This document shows, in pieces, positions 50,377-63,731 of a DNA stretch of 64,000 nt. The position numbers and the translations under genes were made by a program. The stretch is from positions 102,462,293-102,526,292 of the forward strand of contig NC_068981.1 in the NCBI RefSeq assembly GCF_001194135.2, written 5' to 3'. The stretch is from Octopus bimaculoides. Lineage: Eukaryota. Numbering within the stretch: the first letter of the stretch is position 1; every line of letters begins with the position of its first letter. Under the pieces are notes generated by a model that was not told the origin of the DNA, made no database searches, and saw only the letters and a program-made list of their open reading frames with translations.

Positions 50377-52992
50377 GATGAGTCCACAGAAATCTCATCT
50401 GATGTCCAGCTGCTTATATATGCAAGATATATTACTGTATCCCTGTATCACTCTTTTGACCAGACGAGCAAATACACTGCTGGTCACAGTCTGCTTCCTC
50501 ATATTCTTGTAGCTTTCAAATGACGCCACCCCACTGGCTATGTGGACAGGACAACATTCCCCCTGAACAAAATGCCAGTTCATTGCAGGGTTACTACTCA
50601 TTTACAGTTGAGTAGACTGGAACAACTTGAAAGGCAGTACTTTTGCTTCAGAACACAACATGCCATCATTCTGGGATTTAAAATCACAATCTTGCAAGAT
50701 ATACATATCGAAGAAGGTAAAAAGAGAGAAAATAGAAATCTTCTGAGAATGTGGTAAGCTTTATAAAACCTTTATATTGCAGGTACAAGGCCCATCTTCA
50801 AAAGGAAAGTAATCTGGAAAATGTCCAGTTATGTAGGTTCAAAATTCCCTAGTCTTATGTAGTAGCAGTGAACTACAATGCTTGGAGAGAAAATCAGAGA
50901 AAGAGAAAATGTTCAGATAAGCAACTCTTGTTTCCAACCTAGCACACCTCTAAACCTCATTTTACAACACAAATTATAATCATTATTATTCATTAATTCA
51001 TCTATGTACCCACACAGCTTCATCTATTCCATACCATATGTTATAGTAAACTTAAGAAACCTTATGTTCAATTCAATTCTCTCTCACTTTAACGCTCATC
51101 ATAATTATTATTATTGTTATTCATTCATTTATTTATCTATTTTGGTCACAGTATGGCTAACTACATGCTGAAGGTTATAGATATAGCTACAGTTAAAGTT
51201 AAGAATGCAATGTTCAGTTCTGTTTCCCTCTATAGTGCTCTTTATAATAATTATTATTGTTAAAGTGAAGTTAAGAAATCCAATTGTTCAATTCTCTTTA
51301 CTCTTGCTCTAAATCTCGAAAATTCCATCTCTTCATGTTTTGTTTTTGACCAACCTTAATTCTGGACTCTCTCTCTCTCTCTCTCTCAGTTTTGTTAACC
51401 ACTTGCTCTTCCCATGTCAACTGTTGATTAATGGCTCACTTTGTCTGTGGCTGTGCCACATTGGCTTCTGCTAGAGAATAGGGCAACCACAGTGCTTTGC
51501 TGTTCATGCACCACCTATACCGGAAGTCTTTATCCTCTGACCTCTACCGGATGTATTTCTCCTGAGCACCTCTAATGGCTTTCTATACAGAACACTTCAC
51601 CCTCCGCCCTCCAGCCTTATCTAGTGTCTATCTCTTGTAGAATGTAGTGATTATGTAGTGAATAGAATGATGGTGTAGTGTATGCAGGTTGAAAGCTATT
51701 TGTATGTTTACAAGATATGCCAAATGCAAGCTTTCTTTTCAGATGCATAATGTTACTGCCCTCCATCTCAGGGTCTCACCAACCCACATCTTCCACGTAT
51801 TCAGAGTTAACACATTAGCTTCATATTGATAAGCATTTATAAACAACTCTTCTGCTTTTCAGAGATATAAACTTTGAAATTTGTATGATTTATCGAATGG
51901 TAGTTTTTAAAATGTGAAGTCATATGATAAAATGGTTGTTGTTTGAAATATAAATTAAGAATTAAAAATTACTGCTTTTGATTTTGGTAAGTACACTTTA
52001 TTATGAAAGTATTTAAATCCATATATGCTTCCTTGATAGGTTTTCTGTAATAATCCATAATATTTATGTGTAAAATCCATTATATTATCCTGTATTCCAA
52101 ATATAGCTCATAGACTTAGATAATATAGAATAATGGAATCCTATATTGATAAGCATTTATAGATAACTCTTCTGCTCCTCAGAAATATCAAAAGGTGAAA
52201 TTTGTATAATTTAACGAATGGTAGTTTTTTTTTTACCATTCGTAAATTATACATTCTACCATTCATTAAATTATACAAATTTTACATTTGATATTTCTGA
52301 GGAGCAGAAGAGTTGTCTATAAATGCTTATCAATATAGGATTCCATTATTCTATATTATTTAAGTCTATGGACTATATTTGGAATACAGGATAATATAAT
52401 GGATTTTACAATTAACTATTATGGATTATTACAGAAAACCTACCGAGGAAGCATATATGGATTTAAGGACTTTCATACTAAAGTGTACTTACCAAAATCA
52501 AAAGCAGTAATTCTTAATTTATATTTCAAACAAACACCATTTTATCGTATTACTTCATATTCTAAAAAACTACAATTCGATAAATTATACAAATTTCAAA
52601 GTTTATATCTCTGAAGAGCAGATGAGTTGTCTATAAATGCTTATCAATATAGGATTCCATTATAGGGACAACACTTCTACAAAATGATCGTAAGATGCTT
52701 TAAAAACTTAATTCAAAACTTTTAAACTGTCATATTTATTATTATATATTTATACTTATACATATTTACATATATATTTATATTTTCAATACAATTATTT
52801 TACACACATATACATCTTTCTGAAGAATTTTCTAATATTAATTTCCAGATATTAATAATAATATATTATAAAATATATATAATCGGTTGTATTAAATACA
52901 TAAATATTTTAATAGTACTAATACTTTGGTACAATAGAGCACTCAATATAAATTCAGTATATAATATTTTCATTGAATATATTTAACTAAAG

Positions 52993-53048
<56 letters not shown>

Positions 53049-53800
53049 ATTGTGAAGAAGAATTCTTGTTTTACGAGGCATGGAGAGGAGAAAGAAAGAT
53101 GATATATATATGAAGTTGTATTGTTAAGTTCATTGTTTAAGTCAGTCTTTCATAGAAAACTGTTGATCAGATGAAAAGCTGATAAAGTTCCTGCAATACT
53201 AAGTTGTTCTTAGTAAGAATGTCAAAAGTTAAGCCTGTTGTAAAGAACATATACTGTCAAATTCATAGATATGCATTGTATACAAAGACACTGCATCTGA
53301 CACTCAAATTCTTTCTTCATGATGCTGTAGTCATAGTAAACTTTTCTCAAATCTCTTCATCTGGACACAAGGATACAGCATTTCTTGTATCAAAAACGAA
53401 ATACAGAGGAATAGACACTTTTAGTTACCATATAAGGGAGATGGTTCTTCAAGGGGTAATACAGTAACATGAGTTGCTGTGATAAAAACTGACAAAATAC
53501 TTTTTGAGAATGCAGAAATATAAAGTAGTTAAGTTTGCAGATAAACTTTCAAATAACAATTAGAAGGTAAAGCTAACTTTGAATAATATTTTCTTACAAC
53601 TTAATACAACCAACAAGTTATTTTAGGAACTTAGCGACTGTTATACACTTTGTTAACAAATTAAAATTGTTCTAGATGAAACTTGAGTTGTAGAAGGCAA
53701 AACTGAAGGTGGGTCATTACGACATTTTTGAGAATATGAGTGAAAACATCACACTGCTAGAAACAGAAGACTCCATTGACGTCAGTATTAGCCCAAAAGT
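50350..53800 (+). pseudogene. Interrupted hAT (Charlie-like) transposase relic: pieces ~50350-50470 and ~53050-53800
   Basis: IDESTEISSDVQLLIYARY, and downstream YCQIHRYALYTKTL (C..H motif) plus YH..VRW-like region. Confidence 0.65.
51823..52650. repeat. ~830 bp foldback made of inverted ~320 bp tandem units
   Basis: ATATTGATAAGCATTTATA at 51823 and 52143; inverted copies end at ~52337 and 52650. Confidence 0.9.
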
Positions 53801-54113
53801 ATTTTGATGATGAAATAGATTCTTATTCTTCTTATATCGGTTTCAAATTTTGGCACAAAGCCATCAATTTCAAAGGAAGATTAAGTCGATTACATTGACT
53901 CTATTGTTTAACTGGTATTTAATTTATTGACTGCCAAAAAGGATGGAAAGCAAAGTCGACCTTGGCAGAATTTGAAGTCAGGAGGTAAGGACATGAAATG
54001 CCACTAAACATTTTACCTGGCAATTCTGCCAGCTTGCTGCCATTCTGATTTTTCTTATATTAATAGTTTGGATTACTGATGCATTCAAAATTCTTTCAAA
54101 ATTAATCCTGATC

Positions 54114-54420
54114 ATCATCATCATCATTTAAAGTCCATCTTCCATGCATGCATGGGTAGGATGGCTGACAGGAGCTGGCCAGGTAGAAAATCTACCAAAG
54201 GCTACTGTATCTGTTTTGGCAGGGATTTTACGGTTGGATGTCCTTCCTAACACCAACCACTCCACAGATTGGCCTCAATGCTTTTTATGTGGCACTAGCA
54301 CAGGCGAAGTTAGTTTCAGCATGATTTTTACTGCTGGATGCCCTTCCAGATGCCAACCATGTTACAGTGTGGACTGGATGATTTTTAACGTGGCACCAGC
54401 ACTGGTAGAGTAACCAAGTA
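54114..54420 (-). mobile_element. RTE LINE 3' UTR, decayed, internally duplicated
   Basis: Two GGATG(T/C)CCTTCC units. Confidence 0.65.
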
Positions 54421-54799
54421 ACTCACAAGACAAGGAATTATGAGAGGGGCAAGGTATTTGTGTTAGAGAATGAAGGTTAGAGTGTGGCAAAGAGACAGAC
54501 AGAAGCAGGTGTCTTTCCACAACAGAAGGGGCATTAGAGGAGGTGATCCAGTATCAAATGATGAAAGGTTAAAGTGTAACAAAGAAATAGAAAGGCAGAA
54601 ATAGGTGGCTTGCTATAAAGGAGGTACATGGTTACCCAGTGAGAGAGAGAGAGAGAGAGAAGGGGAAAAGAGATGGAGAGTGAGAGAGAAGTACAAGAAA
54701 GAGGCCAGAAACAAGTGTGCTGATGTAAAGGAGATACTTGGTTACCTAGTCAGAGGAAAAGCAAGAGAAGGAGAAAGAGAGTGACTAAAGGAAAGTACA

Positions 54800-55960
54800 C
54801 TCTCCATTTATTTCTTTATAGAATCTCTTCTGATCTACTCTGAATAACTTATTCTGCCAGTAACCCTTCATTTTTTGGTCATATCTTACCATCTTTGTTT
54901 TCTTTGCAACGAGGCATTGTTCCAGTTCCTCCATTACCACTTTCAGGCCCTTTCTCTCAATATTATACTTTCTGTTCAGTGCTCTGTATTTTTGTTTGCT
55001 TTTAACTTACCCCTTTTCTTTTTGGTCTAACACAGAAATATCCTTCGAGAGCATATCTAACCTCACCTGTATTTATCTTTTCCACCATGGATCTTTCCTT
55101 TTGTCATACCCATTATATTTCTTTTTCTTGACATCAACACCCACATTTTCTGCTACAACAATACTTGCTGCCTTGATCAAATTATTTGTTTCTGTGTTGT
55201 TTTTTGTTCTGATATATTTCAAAATTTCATTCTCATTTTTCGTCTCTTGGTTCAACTTCCACCAATCAACCTTTTTAAGGTTGCAAATAATGTTGCTATC
55301 GTTCTCCTGTTGCCTACCTTTATTCTGTCGTAGATTGCCTTTTGCCCATCTGTCATGTCACCATTAGTTTTATTGTCTTCTTCTAAACTATATGTCTCTC
55401 ATCGAGCAAGCTATCACTGTTCCTTTCCTGTGGTTTATTAGAGATTTTACCTCTGTTTTCTGCTTTGAGATTACTTTTATCAGTAGGAACTGTATTTTCA
55501 TCATTTCCTCTGCTGCTGCTTTCCAATACCCGTCTTTTGATAGCTTCGAGCTCTACTTCTGTGAACCAACAATTTTTTTCTCATTGCTCTAGCTTGATCA
55601 CATACTCTCTATTCCATGAGTTGAAACAATCCTCTTTCTCTCCATTGATCATACATACGTTGATGGTATCCCCTAAGATGAACACCATTTTCATCTAGGG
55701 GGTTGCTCAGGTAGTAACACTCCATGACCACAGCACTGACTTATTTGTTCCATCTACGCCGGATCCCTTACTGGATAATGACAGGCTAGAGCCGGACCAG
55801 TATCTCTGAGCCTACCGGGTGTAACACTGTCACCATCATTGGCTTCAGTTTCCTTACCAGCGTTATTCACAATATTTCGTTTTTTCATTGTCACTCATAT
55901 GAGGTAGCGATTATCAGGTTGCACAATTACCAGTGTTTTTTATTGTGATATCATCACTAG
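54800..55960 (-). pseudogene. R4/Dong-like LINE, N-terminal ORF region (pre-RT)
   Basis: GYHQRMYDQWRERGLF..DQARA.RK..WFTEVELEAIK; ETNNLIKAA..V.E..G..DPWWKR; QNKLFRVDQKRFYKEING. Confidence 0.75.
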
Positions 55961-56159
55961 ATGTATCATCAATCAGAGCATAGGGTGATACCAACTGCTT
56001 CCTTTCATTATTATTATTATTCACTGATATTATTATTTTCCTTTTTCTACTACTATTTGTCATTGCTAATATTTCCTCTGATCTGACATGAGTTATGGCT
56101 AAATTATTATCATTATCATTATTACCTCCATCACCATTATTACCATCATTATTATTATT

Positions 56160-56630
56160 CTTTTATTATTTCTTTTACTTGTTTCAGTCATTTGACTGCA
56201 GCCATGCTGGAACACCACCTTTAGTCGAGCAAATCGACCCCAGAGCTTATTCTTTGTAAGCCTAATACTTATTATATCGGTCTCTTTTTGCCAAACTGCT
56301 AAGTTACAGGGACCTAAACACATCAGCATCAGTTGTCAAGCAATGTTGGAAGGAAAAACACAGATACACAAACATATACACACACATACATATATACTCT
56401 TACTCTTTACTCTTTTACTTGTTACAGTCATTTGACTGTGGCCATGCTGAAGCACCACCTTTAGTTGAGCAAATTGACCCCGGGACTTATTCTTTGTAAG
56501 CCTAGTACTTATTCTATCGGTCTCTTTTTGCTGAACCGCTAAGTGACGGGGACATAAACACACCAGCATCAGTTGTCAAGCAATGCTAGGGGGACAAACA
56601 CAGACACGCAAACATACAAACACACATCAC

Positions 56631-56663
<33 letters not shown>

Positions 56664-56772
56664 TATACATATATACGATGGGCTTCTTTCAGTTTCCGTC
56701 TACCAAATCCACTCACATGGCTATAGTAAAGGACACTTGCCCAAGGTGCCACGCAGTGGGACTGAACCCGGA
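56160..56772 (-). mobile_element. Two tandem SINE family B copies
   Basis: Two consecutive CTTTTACTTGTT(T/A)CAGTCATTTGACTG starts. Confidence 0.85.
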
Positions 56773-57747
56773 AAGGATGAAAGGTAAAGATGACTTTGGC
56801 TGACTTTGAACTCAGAACATGAAGACAGACAAAATATGGCTAAGCATTTCGCCCAGTGTGCTAACGATTCTATATGCATGCACACACACACATGTATGTA
56901 CATATGTGTATACATATATATAGATATACATGTATGTATATATNNNNNNNNNNNNNNNNNNNNNNNNNNNNNNNNNNNNNNNNNNNNNNNNNNNNNNNNN
57001 NNNNNNNNNNNNNNNNNNNNNNNNNNNNNNNNNNNNNNNNNNNNNNNNNNNNNNNNNNNNNNNNNNNNNNNNNNNNNNNNNNNNNNNNNNNNNNNNNNNN
57101 NNNNNNNNNNNNNNNNNNNNNNNNNNNNNNNNNNNNNNNNNNNNNNNNNNNNNNNNNNNNNNNNNNNNNNNNNNNNNNNNNNNNNNNNNNNNNNNNNNNN
57201 NNNNNNNNNNNNNNNNNNNNNNNNNNNNNNNNNNNNNNNNNNNNNNNNNNNNNNNNNNNNNNNNNNNNNNNNNNNNNNNNNNNNNNNNNNNNNNNNNNNN
57301 NNNNNNNNNNNNNNNNNNNNNNNNNNNNNNNNNNNNNNNNNNNNNNNNNNNNNNNNNNNNNNNNNNNNNNNNNNNNNNNNNNNNNNNNNNNNNNNNNNNN
57401 NNNNNNNNNNNNNNNNNNNNNNNNNNNNNNNNNNNNNNNNNNNNNNNNNNNNNNNNNNNNNNNNNNNNNNNNNNNNNNNNNNNNNNNNNNNNNNNNNNNN
57501 NNNNNNNNNNNNNNNNNNNNNNNNNNNNNNNNNNNNNNNNNNNNNNNNNNNNNNNNNNNNNNNNNNNNNNNNNNNNNNNNNNNNNNNNNNNNNNNNNNNN
57601 NNNNNNNNNNNNNNNNNNNNNNNNNNNNNNNNNNNNNNNNNNNNNNNNNNNNNNNNNNNNNNNNNNNNNNNNNNNNNNNNNNNNNNNNNNNNNNNNNNNN
57701 NNNNNNNNNNNNNNNNNNNNNNNNNNNNNNNNNNNNNNNNNNNNNNN

Positions 57748-57783
<36 letters not shown>

Positions 57784-58362
57784 CGTGTGTGTGTATTTAT
57801 ATATGCATGTGTGTGTGTATGTATATGTATACACACACACACACACATACTCATATATATGTGTGTGTGTATATTTTATTAAAACTGGTGAGTCTAGTAA
57901 AAGGCATTTAGTATTGTTTGAGAACACCTTCAGTGACTAACATTGAGTACACTTCTCATAAACCTGTTAATAGAAGAAATTGATTTAATGCTGCGAATGT
58001 TGATGGGTGTATCATTTACTTGTTTCAGTCATTACTTTGTGGCCATGCTACAGCACCACCTTGAAGAATTTTTAGTTGCATGAATCAACCCCAGTACTCA
58101 TTATTTGTTTGTAAAGCTAGGGACTTATTCTATCAGTTAATCTTGCTGAACTTCTAACTTATGGGGACACAAATACACCAACACTGGTTGTCAAACAGTG
58201 ATGGAGGAAAAACAGAGGCACAAAACTATATATATATAAATACATATATATGTATATCTCTTCTATTTTTTTTTAATATTATAAACTTTCCACTGATGAC
58301 GGAGCTAGTTTCTAATAAACTTACAAGGCTCCATCTTTGGGATGTAGCTAACACAGACGAAT

Positions 58363-59210
58363 TCACATTTGGAACTTGAGAAAAGTCTTGCATATTTTTA
58401 CTGTTCCACTCACAAATTGCGCTTGTAATGTACGAATTAGTCGGTTGTTTTCTCTTTCTGAAAATCCTAGTTTATCCAGAATCTCCTTTAAGCATTTACT
58501 AACAAAACCTAGTTCTCTAATTATTATTGATATGGATTGGAATTTATAGTCTGAATATAGAAGCTGGAAGTTTCGAAACAGTTGTCCATAGATATCCTCA
58601 TTTCCTTTGATTTTCAAAGAGCTATTTATATCTGCAGGGCCACTAACTTCTATGATGGTACATATCTTCGCCACTCTGTACCAAACAACAATATCTGGCC
58701 TGTTATGCTTACATTTGACAGAAGTTTTGATGGGAATATTCCACCAGTATTCCTTGAGTTGTTGTTTATGAATGTAATCCATAACAGAGGGATTTTCTAA
58801 GTTTATTTCAGGACAATCTTTTTTGCGGATGGCATTGTAAATTGTTTTAGCAACTATATTGTGCCACATAGGGAGGTAGTACCGTGATGACATTTTAGGA
58901 CAGCTGCTAATGACAAGCGTAATGTCTTACAGTGAAACATGACATAGCCTACACATGCAGTTGCACCTTGGGATCACAAGAGCGTCACTGTCTCTCTTGT
59001 TCACCAAGTACTTTGTGGCAATCTCGTGTTCCTGGATTGCAAATGCATAACCTTCAAAGTGTGATGTGATGTAGTGGTCTTGTGTCAGAGAGAGGCTGCG
59101 CTTCATGTCAATTCTACAGTCTTCTTCAAGCTTCAAGCATGGTCTTTTTTGTATGCTGAGTGTTTTTCATCCAGGTCTTCTCTGAGGTAAGAGAGCCCAC
59201 CTGTTTTGGG
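58363..59210 (-). pseudogene. R4/Dong-like LINE C-terminal region: CCHC finger and restriction-like endonuclease
   Basis: EGYAFAIQEHEIATK..CRLC; HNRPDIVVW..CTIIEVSGPADIN..K...Y..L; GTVKICKTFL*. Confidence 0.9.
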
Positions 59211-59242
59211 GCTGTATGTATGTATGTATGTATGTGTAGGGG

Positions 59243-59565
59243 ACTGAGACACCTGGCAGTTTGCTGTGCTTGAGAAGACACACCAAACTAAGTGAAAGCA
59301 TGGTTGCCCTTGCATACAAGCTCATCCCTCACAACCCTCTCTAGCTAAGCATCCCTAATGTTGCAGACTTGTGAGTGCTGGTGCCATGTAAAAAACACCC
59401 AGTATATTCTGTAAAGTGTTTGCCATTAGGAAGGGCATCCAGCCATAGAAACCATCCTAAAACAGATATGGAGCCTGAACGGCCCTTCAGCTGGTCAGCT
59501 TCTGTCAAACCATCCAACCCACACCAGTATGGAAAGTGGATGTTAAATAATGATGATGTCGATGA
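59243..59565 (+). mobile_element. RTE LINE 3' end
   Basis: GCTGTGCTTGAGAAGAC ORF end and AGGAAGGGCATCCAGCC UTR. Confidence 0.7.
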
Positions 59566-59757
59566 TAATATAAATATATGTGTGTATGTATATAGAATGG
59601 GCTTCTTTCAGTGTTTCTGTCTACCAAATCCAAGGCTTTAGTCCGCCTGGGACTATTGAAGACACTTGTCCAATGTGTCATGCAGTGGGAGTGAACCTGG
59701 AATCAAAGTAGTTGGGAAGCAAACTTCTTACCACAAAGTCACACCTGCACCTATATT

Positions 59758-59809
<52 letters not shown>

Positions 59810-59951
59810 CCTTGTAGTATACTGATTCAGCATGTTCACTTTCTGTGCTATCTGATGTCATCAACAGTATGGATATAAATTCCATGGGATTAACTTCAGT
59901 TATTCCTCCATGTCTGTCAAGTATATAACAAATGAGGGAAAGAGAAAACAA

Positions 59952-60182
59952 AATTCACAAGATCCTTTATTTATCACAACGATCATTTCAACTGATCTTG
60001 CATCGGTCTCTTGAACCAAGTGAAACAGTTAATTGAGTAAGGTACCTTTTGAAAAGTCACCTTGCAAGTCACATCTGCACAGAAGAATGCACCACAACCT
60101 ATTGTCCAGAATCTCACTCGTGAGGGGCCGATGCAAGATGGATTGAAATGATTGTTGTGATTAATAAAGAATCTTGTGAATT
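59952..60182. mobile_element. MITE-like element with ~59 bp inverted repeats
   Basis: AATTCACAAGATCCTTTATTTATCACAACGATCATTTCAA / TTGAAATGATTGTTGTGATTAATAAAGAATCTTGTGAATT. Confidence 0.75.
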
Positions 60183-60209
60183 CCATTTCCTCTTCCTCTC
60201 ATTTGTTTT

Positions 60210-60249
<40 letters not shown>

Positions 60250-60252
<3 letters not shown>

Positions 60253-60579
60253 GAGTAGATGGAACAGGGACAACTGAAGAAGGAAAATATTCTTTATGTT
60301 GCATGTATATATATATACATTTTGTTTTTTTCGTTGTTCGAAAAAAAGCTTGTTTTCTGTCTTCATCTTTATGTTTTCATTTCTCATTGTGTTTAACGTT
60401 TTTTGTGATGTCCTGTACCCATATATGCATGTATAGTTCAAAAAAACAATAACAAAAAAACAACAAAGTGAGGACATGATATGGATAGTATTATTGGACG
60501 CTCAGGAAAGGAAAGAGAGAGTGTGTAAGTATGTACATATATGTATGGATATATGCATATATTTATATATTATTTATGT

Positions 60580-60580
<1 letters not shown>
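60250..60580 (+). mobile_element. Solo terminal repeat of the 37 kb element family, within (TA)n
   Basis: GGAACAGGGACAACTGAAGA...CGTTGTTCGAAAAAAAG...GATGTCCTGTACCCA. Confidence 0.75.
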
Positions 60581-60654
<74 letters not shown>

Positions 60655-61424
60655 TCCAATAATAAGAAGAAGGCAAAGAAAATTCTTTAACACATCTTTA
60701 ATGATTCATAACAATTGTTTCTGTACCAAATGAAAATTTATGTAATGTTTGCGGTTTTAGACATTAAAGAGACATCTCATCAGACTTGCATCAAAGGTGT
60801 GCTGTCACATTGTGCATCTTTCACGTCTTGTTGTCACTTTGAATTTTTGCATGAACTGGTGTGGCAAGCAGAGTTTATACAGAAAAAATTGTAAGGAATC
60901 ATTAAAGATGTGTTAAAGAATTTTCTATGTCTCCTTCTTATTCTATAGATTATTTACTCTTCACTAAACCCACTTTACAGTGTGATCGTTGTGAAACAGG
61001 GATTTTGTACACCTGAGGAATTCTGGCACTGGCCAGGAACCCAACAATGTTGATAGCCCAGTTTTGGGGTTGAGTGCTTCTCTGGAAATACCCCAGCTTT
61101 ATACCCCACCAGGACCTGAGACTTTTACTCTGTGCTAAATATACACTTTGTGTGTGAGTGTTTTGGTGTGTGTGTGCGCGTGTGTGTGTGTGTGTATATA
61201 TGCATACACACACACACACACACATATATATGTATACATGTATGTATGTATGTATGTATGTATACACACACATATATATGTATATACATATGTATATGTA
61301 TATATATGTATATATATGTATGTATATATATATGTATGTATATATATGTATATATATGTATGTATATATATATATGTATGTACATATATATATATACATA
61401 TATATGTATGTATATATATATATG

Positions 61425-61473
<49 letters not shown>

Positions 61474-61505
61474 GTATATGNNNNNNNNNNTCCTTGTCTC
61501 CGTAT

Positions 61506-61542
61506 TCTTTCTGTTGAAGAGCGTAGCTCGAAACGTCAAAGA
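61506..61542 (+). ncRNA. Minimal hammerhead-like motif with A6U core variant
   Basis: TCTTT-CTGTTGA-A-GAGC(GTA)GCTC-GAA-ACGT-C-AAAGA. Confidence 0.55.
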
Positions 61543-61630
61543 CTTTCCGTATTCCCGAGCATCATACTAATATATACTTTTGTTATTTACACCACCTGTC
61601 CTCGTCTGTTGTTATTTTTTGTATATTCTC

Positions 61631-61668
<38 letters not shown>

Positions 61669-62139
61669 TTATTTATCTAGCACTACATATATCATGATGA
61701 TTGTCATCTTGATTGTCATAATTACAATTGACATTTCGATGCATGCATGGGTCAAACTGAGTTTATGGAGGTGGGTTTTCTATGGCTGGATGCTCATTTT
61801 GTCACTCAAACTTCACTTGTTTCCAAGGAAGATAATGTTTCTCCTGAACCAGACTTAATTCCACAGAAAAACTGGAAACAAACTATGTCGCATGTATGAT
61901 ACTGCAGCTCATTTGACAAACATTACATGATGCCAAGGCAAGAGTACATGCAAATATAGATACATGTAGACAAACAGAAAAACAGATAGACAAGCACACG
62001 AACACTTGTCTGCATGCGTGCATACATACATGCATGCCACATTCACACACATAGCGTACTGTTTTTTTTTTTGTCTGATTAATGCAATATCGGGGCATGA
62101 AACTTCTAGTAGCTCACATTTAAGTTTATGACATATAAA

Positions 62140-62171
<32 letters not shown>

Positions 62172-62195
62172 CACACATACATGTATGTATATTTA

Positions 62196-62226
<31 letters not shown>

Positions 62227-62290
62227 GGGCAATATTCATATATTATCCACATTTCGTTGTTGTTATTGTTGTTTCTTATTATTATTCTTT

Positions 62291-62475
62291 GAAGTGGTGA
62301 GCTGGCAGAATTGTTAGCATACCAGGAAAAATGCTTAGTAGTATTTTGTCTGTCGTTACATTCTGAGTTCAAATGCCACCAGGGTTGATTTTGCCTTTCA
62401 TCCTTTCGGGGTTAATGTAATCAACTATCTCCCTCCCACAAAATTTCAGGGCTTGTGTCTATAGTAGAAAGGATT
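62291..62475 (+). mobile_element. SINE family A, internally deleted
   Basis: Similarity to 35201-35422. Confidence 0.75.
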
Positions 62476-62529
62476 ATTATAATTATCATTATTATTATAA
62501 TTATCATTATAGTTATAATAATAATTATT

Positions 62530-62623
62530 ATTTTATGTTTGACTTTTGCTTTGCATTTGTACAAGTTGGATCCAAGTCTCACCCAGAGACCTCAAGAGAC
62601 AACAAGTTAGAAGTTCATGTAGG

Positions 62624-62626
<3 letters not shown>
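62530..62626 (-). mobile_element. Short 3' end of the R4/Dong-like LINE
   Basis: Reverse complement of positions ~143-240. Confidence 0.85.
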
Positions 62627-62654
<28 letters not shown>

Positions 62655-63207
62655 GAGTGAGAGAGCAGTGCATGCCATCAAAGTGACACTGGGGTAAAAT
62701 ATACAAAGCCCAGTATATCCATCATGACTACCCGTCCGATAAGGGTACACCAGGCACATGCATCACAACCATATGTGGCGACATAGTGATCTCATATCAA
62801 AATAAACAGTGCATGACCTCGCAGGTTGGGCCCAGTTAGAATTTTCATCAGGTCGAGTATCCCATCCTGCTCAAAAGGTCCCTGAATAAGGGTTGTTTAA
62901 GGATGTTGAACAAAACACCCATGTTTCCAAAGGTGAATTATTCAAACCCCAAAGAATTCCTCTCAACACATGGCTATGATGCTCCCCCACTGCTTCTGCT
63001 CGTGATCAGCGATGCACATATCATCAGCCATCAAGGGACATGCTCAACTGGCTAAGGTCAAACAACTGACAAGCAAATCTGTGGTATTAAGCAGAATATT
63101 TGCTGTAGCCCATCTTTTATACCAAGACAAAACTATGTACATGATAACACTTCCAATCAATCAAGATCAGAAGCCATGAGAGCCACTGCCTGGTACTGCA
63201 TCAGGGC

Positions 63208-63211
<4 letters not shown>
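62655..63211 (-). mobile_element. Full-length copy of the 540 bp (AAT)n-flanked element
   Basis: Reverse complement of 727-1266. Confidence 0.85.
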
Positions 63212-63243
<32 letters not shown>

Positions 63244-63503
63244 CATTATTATTATTATCATATGTTAAAAACTCACAGCTTATCTTGCTGGGTATGATGG
63301 AAAGTGTCAGCTGTCCACAGCCAGCAGACTAAGGCAACTGGTCATGCTTCAAGAACTCTGCAAAGAATTCTAGCAGTTCCAAGCAATGCTGATTTTCATG
63401 GGTGTTCTACCTTCAGACTTGCACCAATCTTTTTTCCCCATGTTGGTAGTTGAGTGTTGATATTATTATTATGCTTATTGGTATTATTATTATTATTATT
63501 ATT

Positions 63504-63722
63504 AAGGCGGTGAGCTGGCAGAAACATTAGCACACCGGGCAAAATCCTTTGTGGTATTTCGTCTGTCTTTATCTTCTAAGTTCAAATATTCTGCTGAGGT
63601 TGACTTTACTTTTCATCCTTTCGGCGTTGATAAATTAAGTACCAGTTGTGTAATAGGGTCGATCTAATTAACTGGCCCCACTCCCCAAAAACTTCAGACC
63701 TTGTGCCTAGAGTAGAAAGATT
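63504..63722 (+). mobile_element. SINE family A
   Basis: Similarity to 35201-35422. Confidence 0.85.
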
Positions 63723-63731
63723 ATTCTTAAT

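Noticed and set aside
58293-58335. CTGATGA followed by a GGAGC/GCTCC stem
   Set aside because: No GAAA or stem III follows; at most a truncated pLTR remnant.
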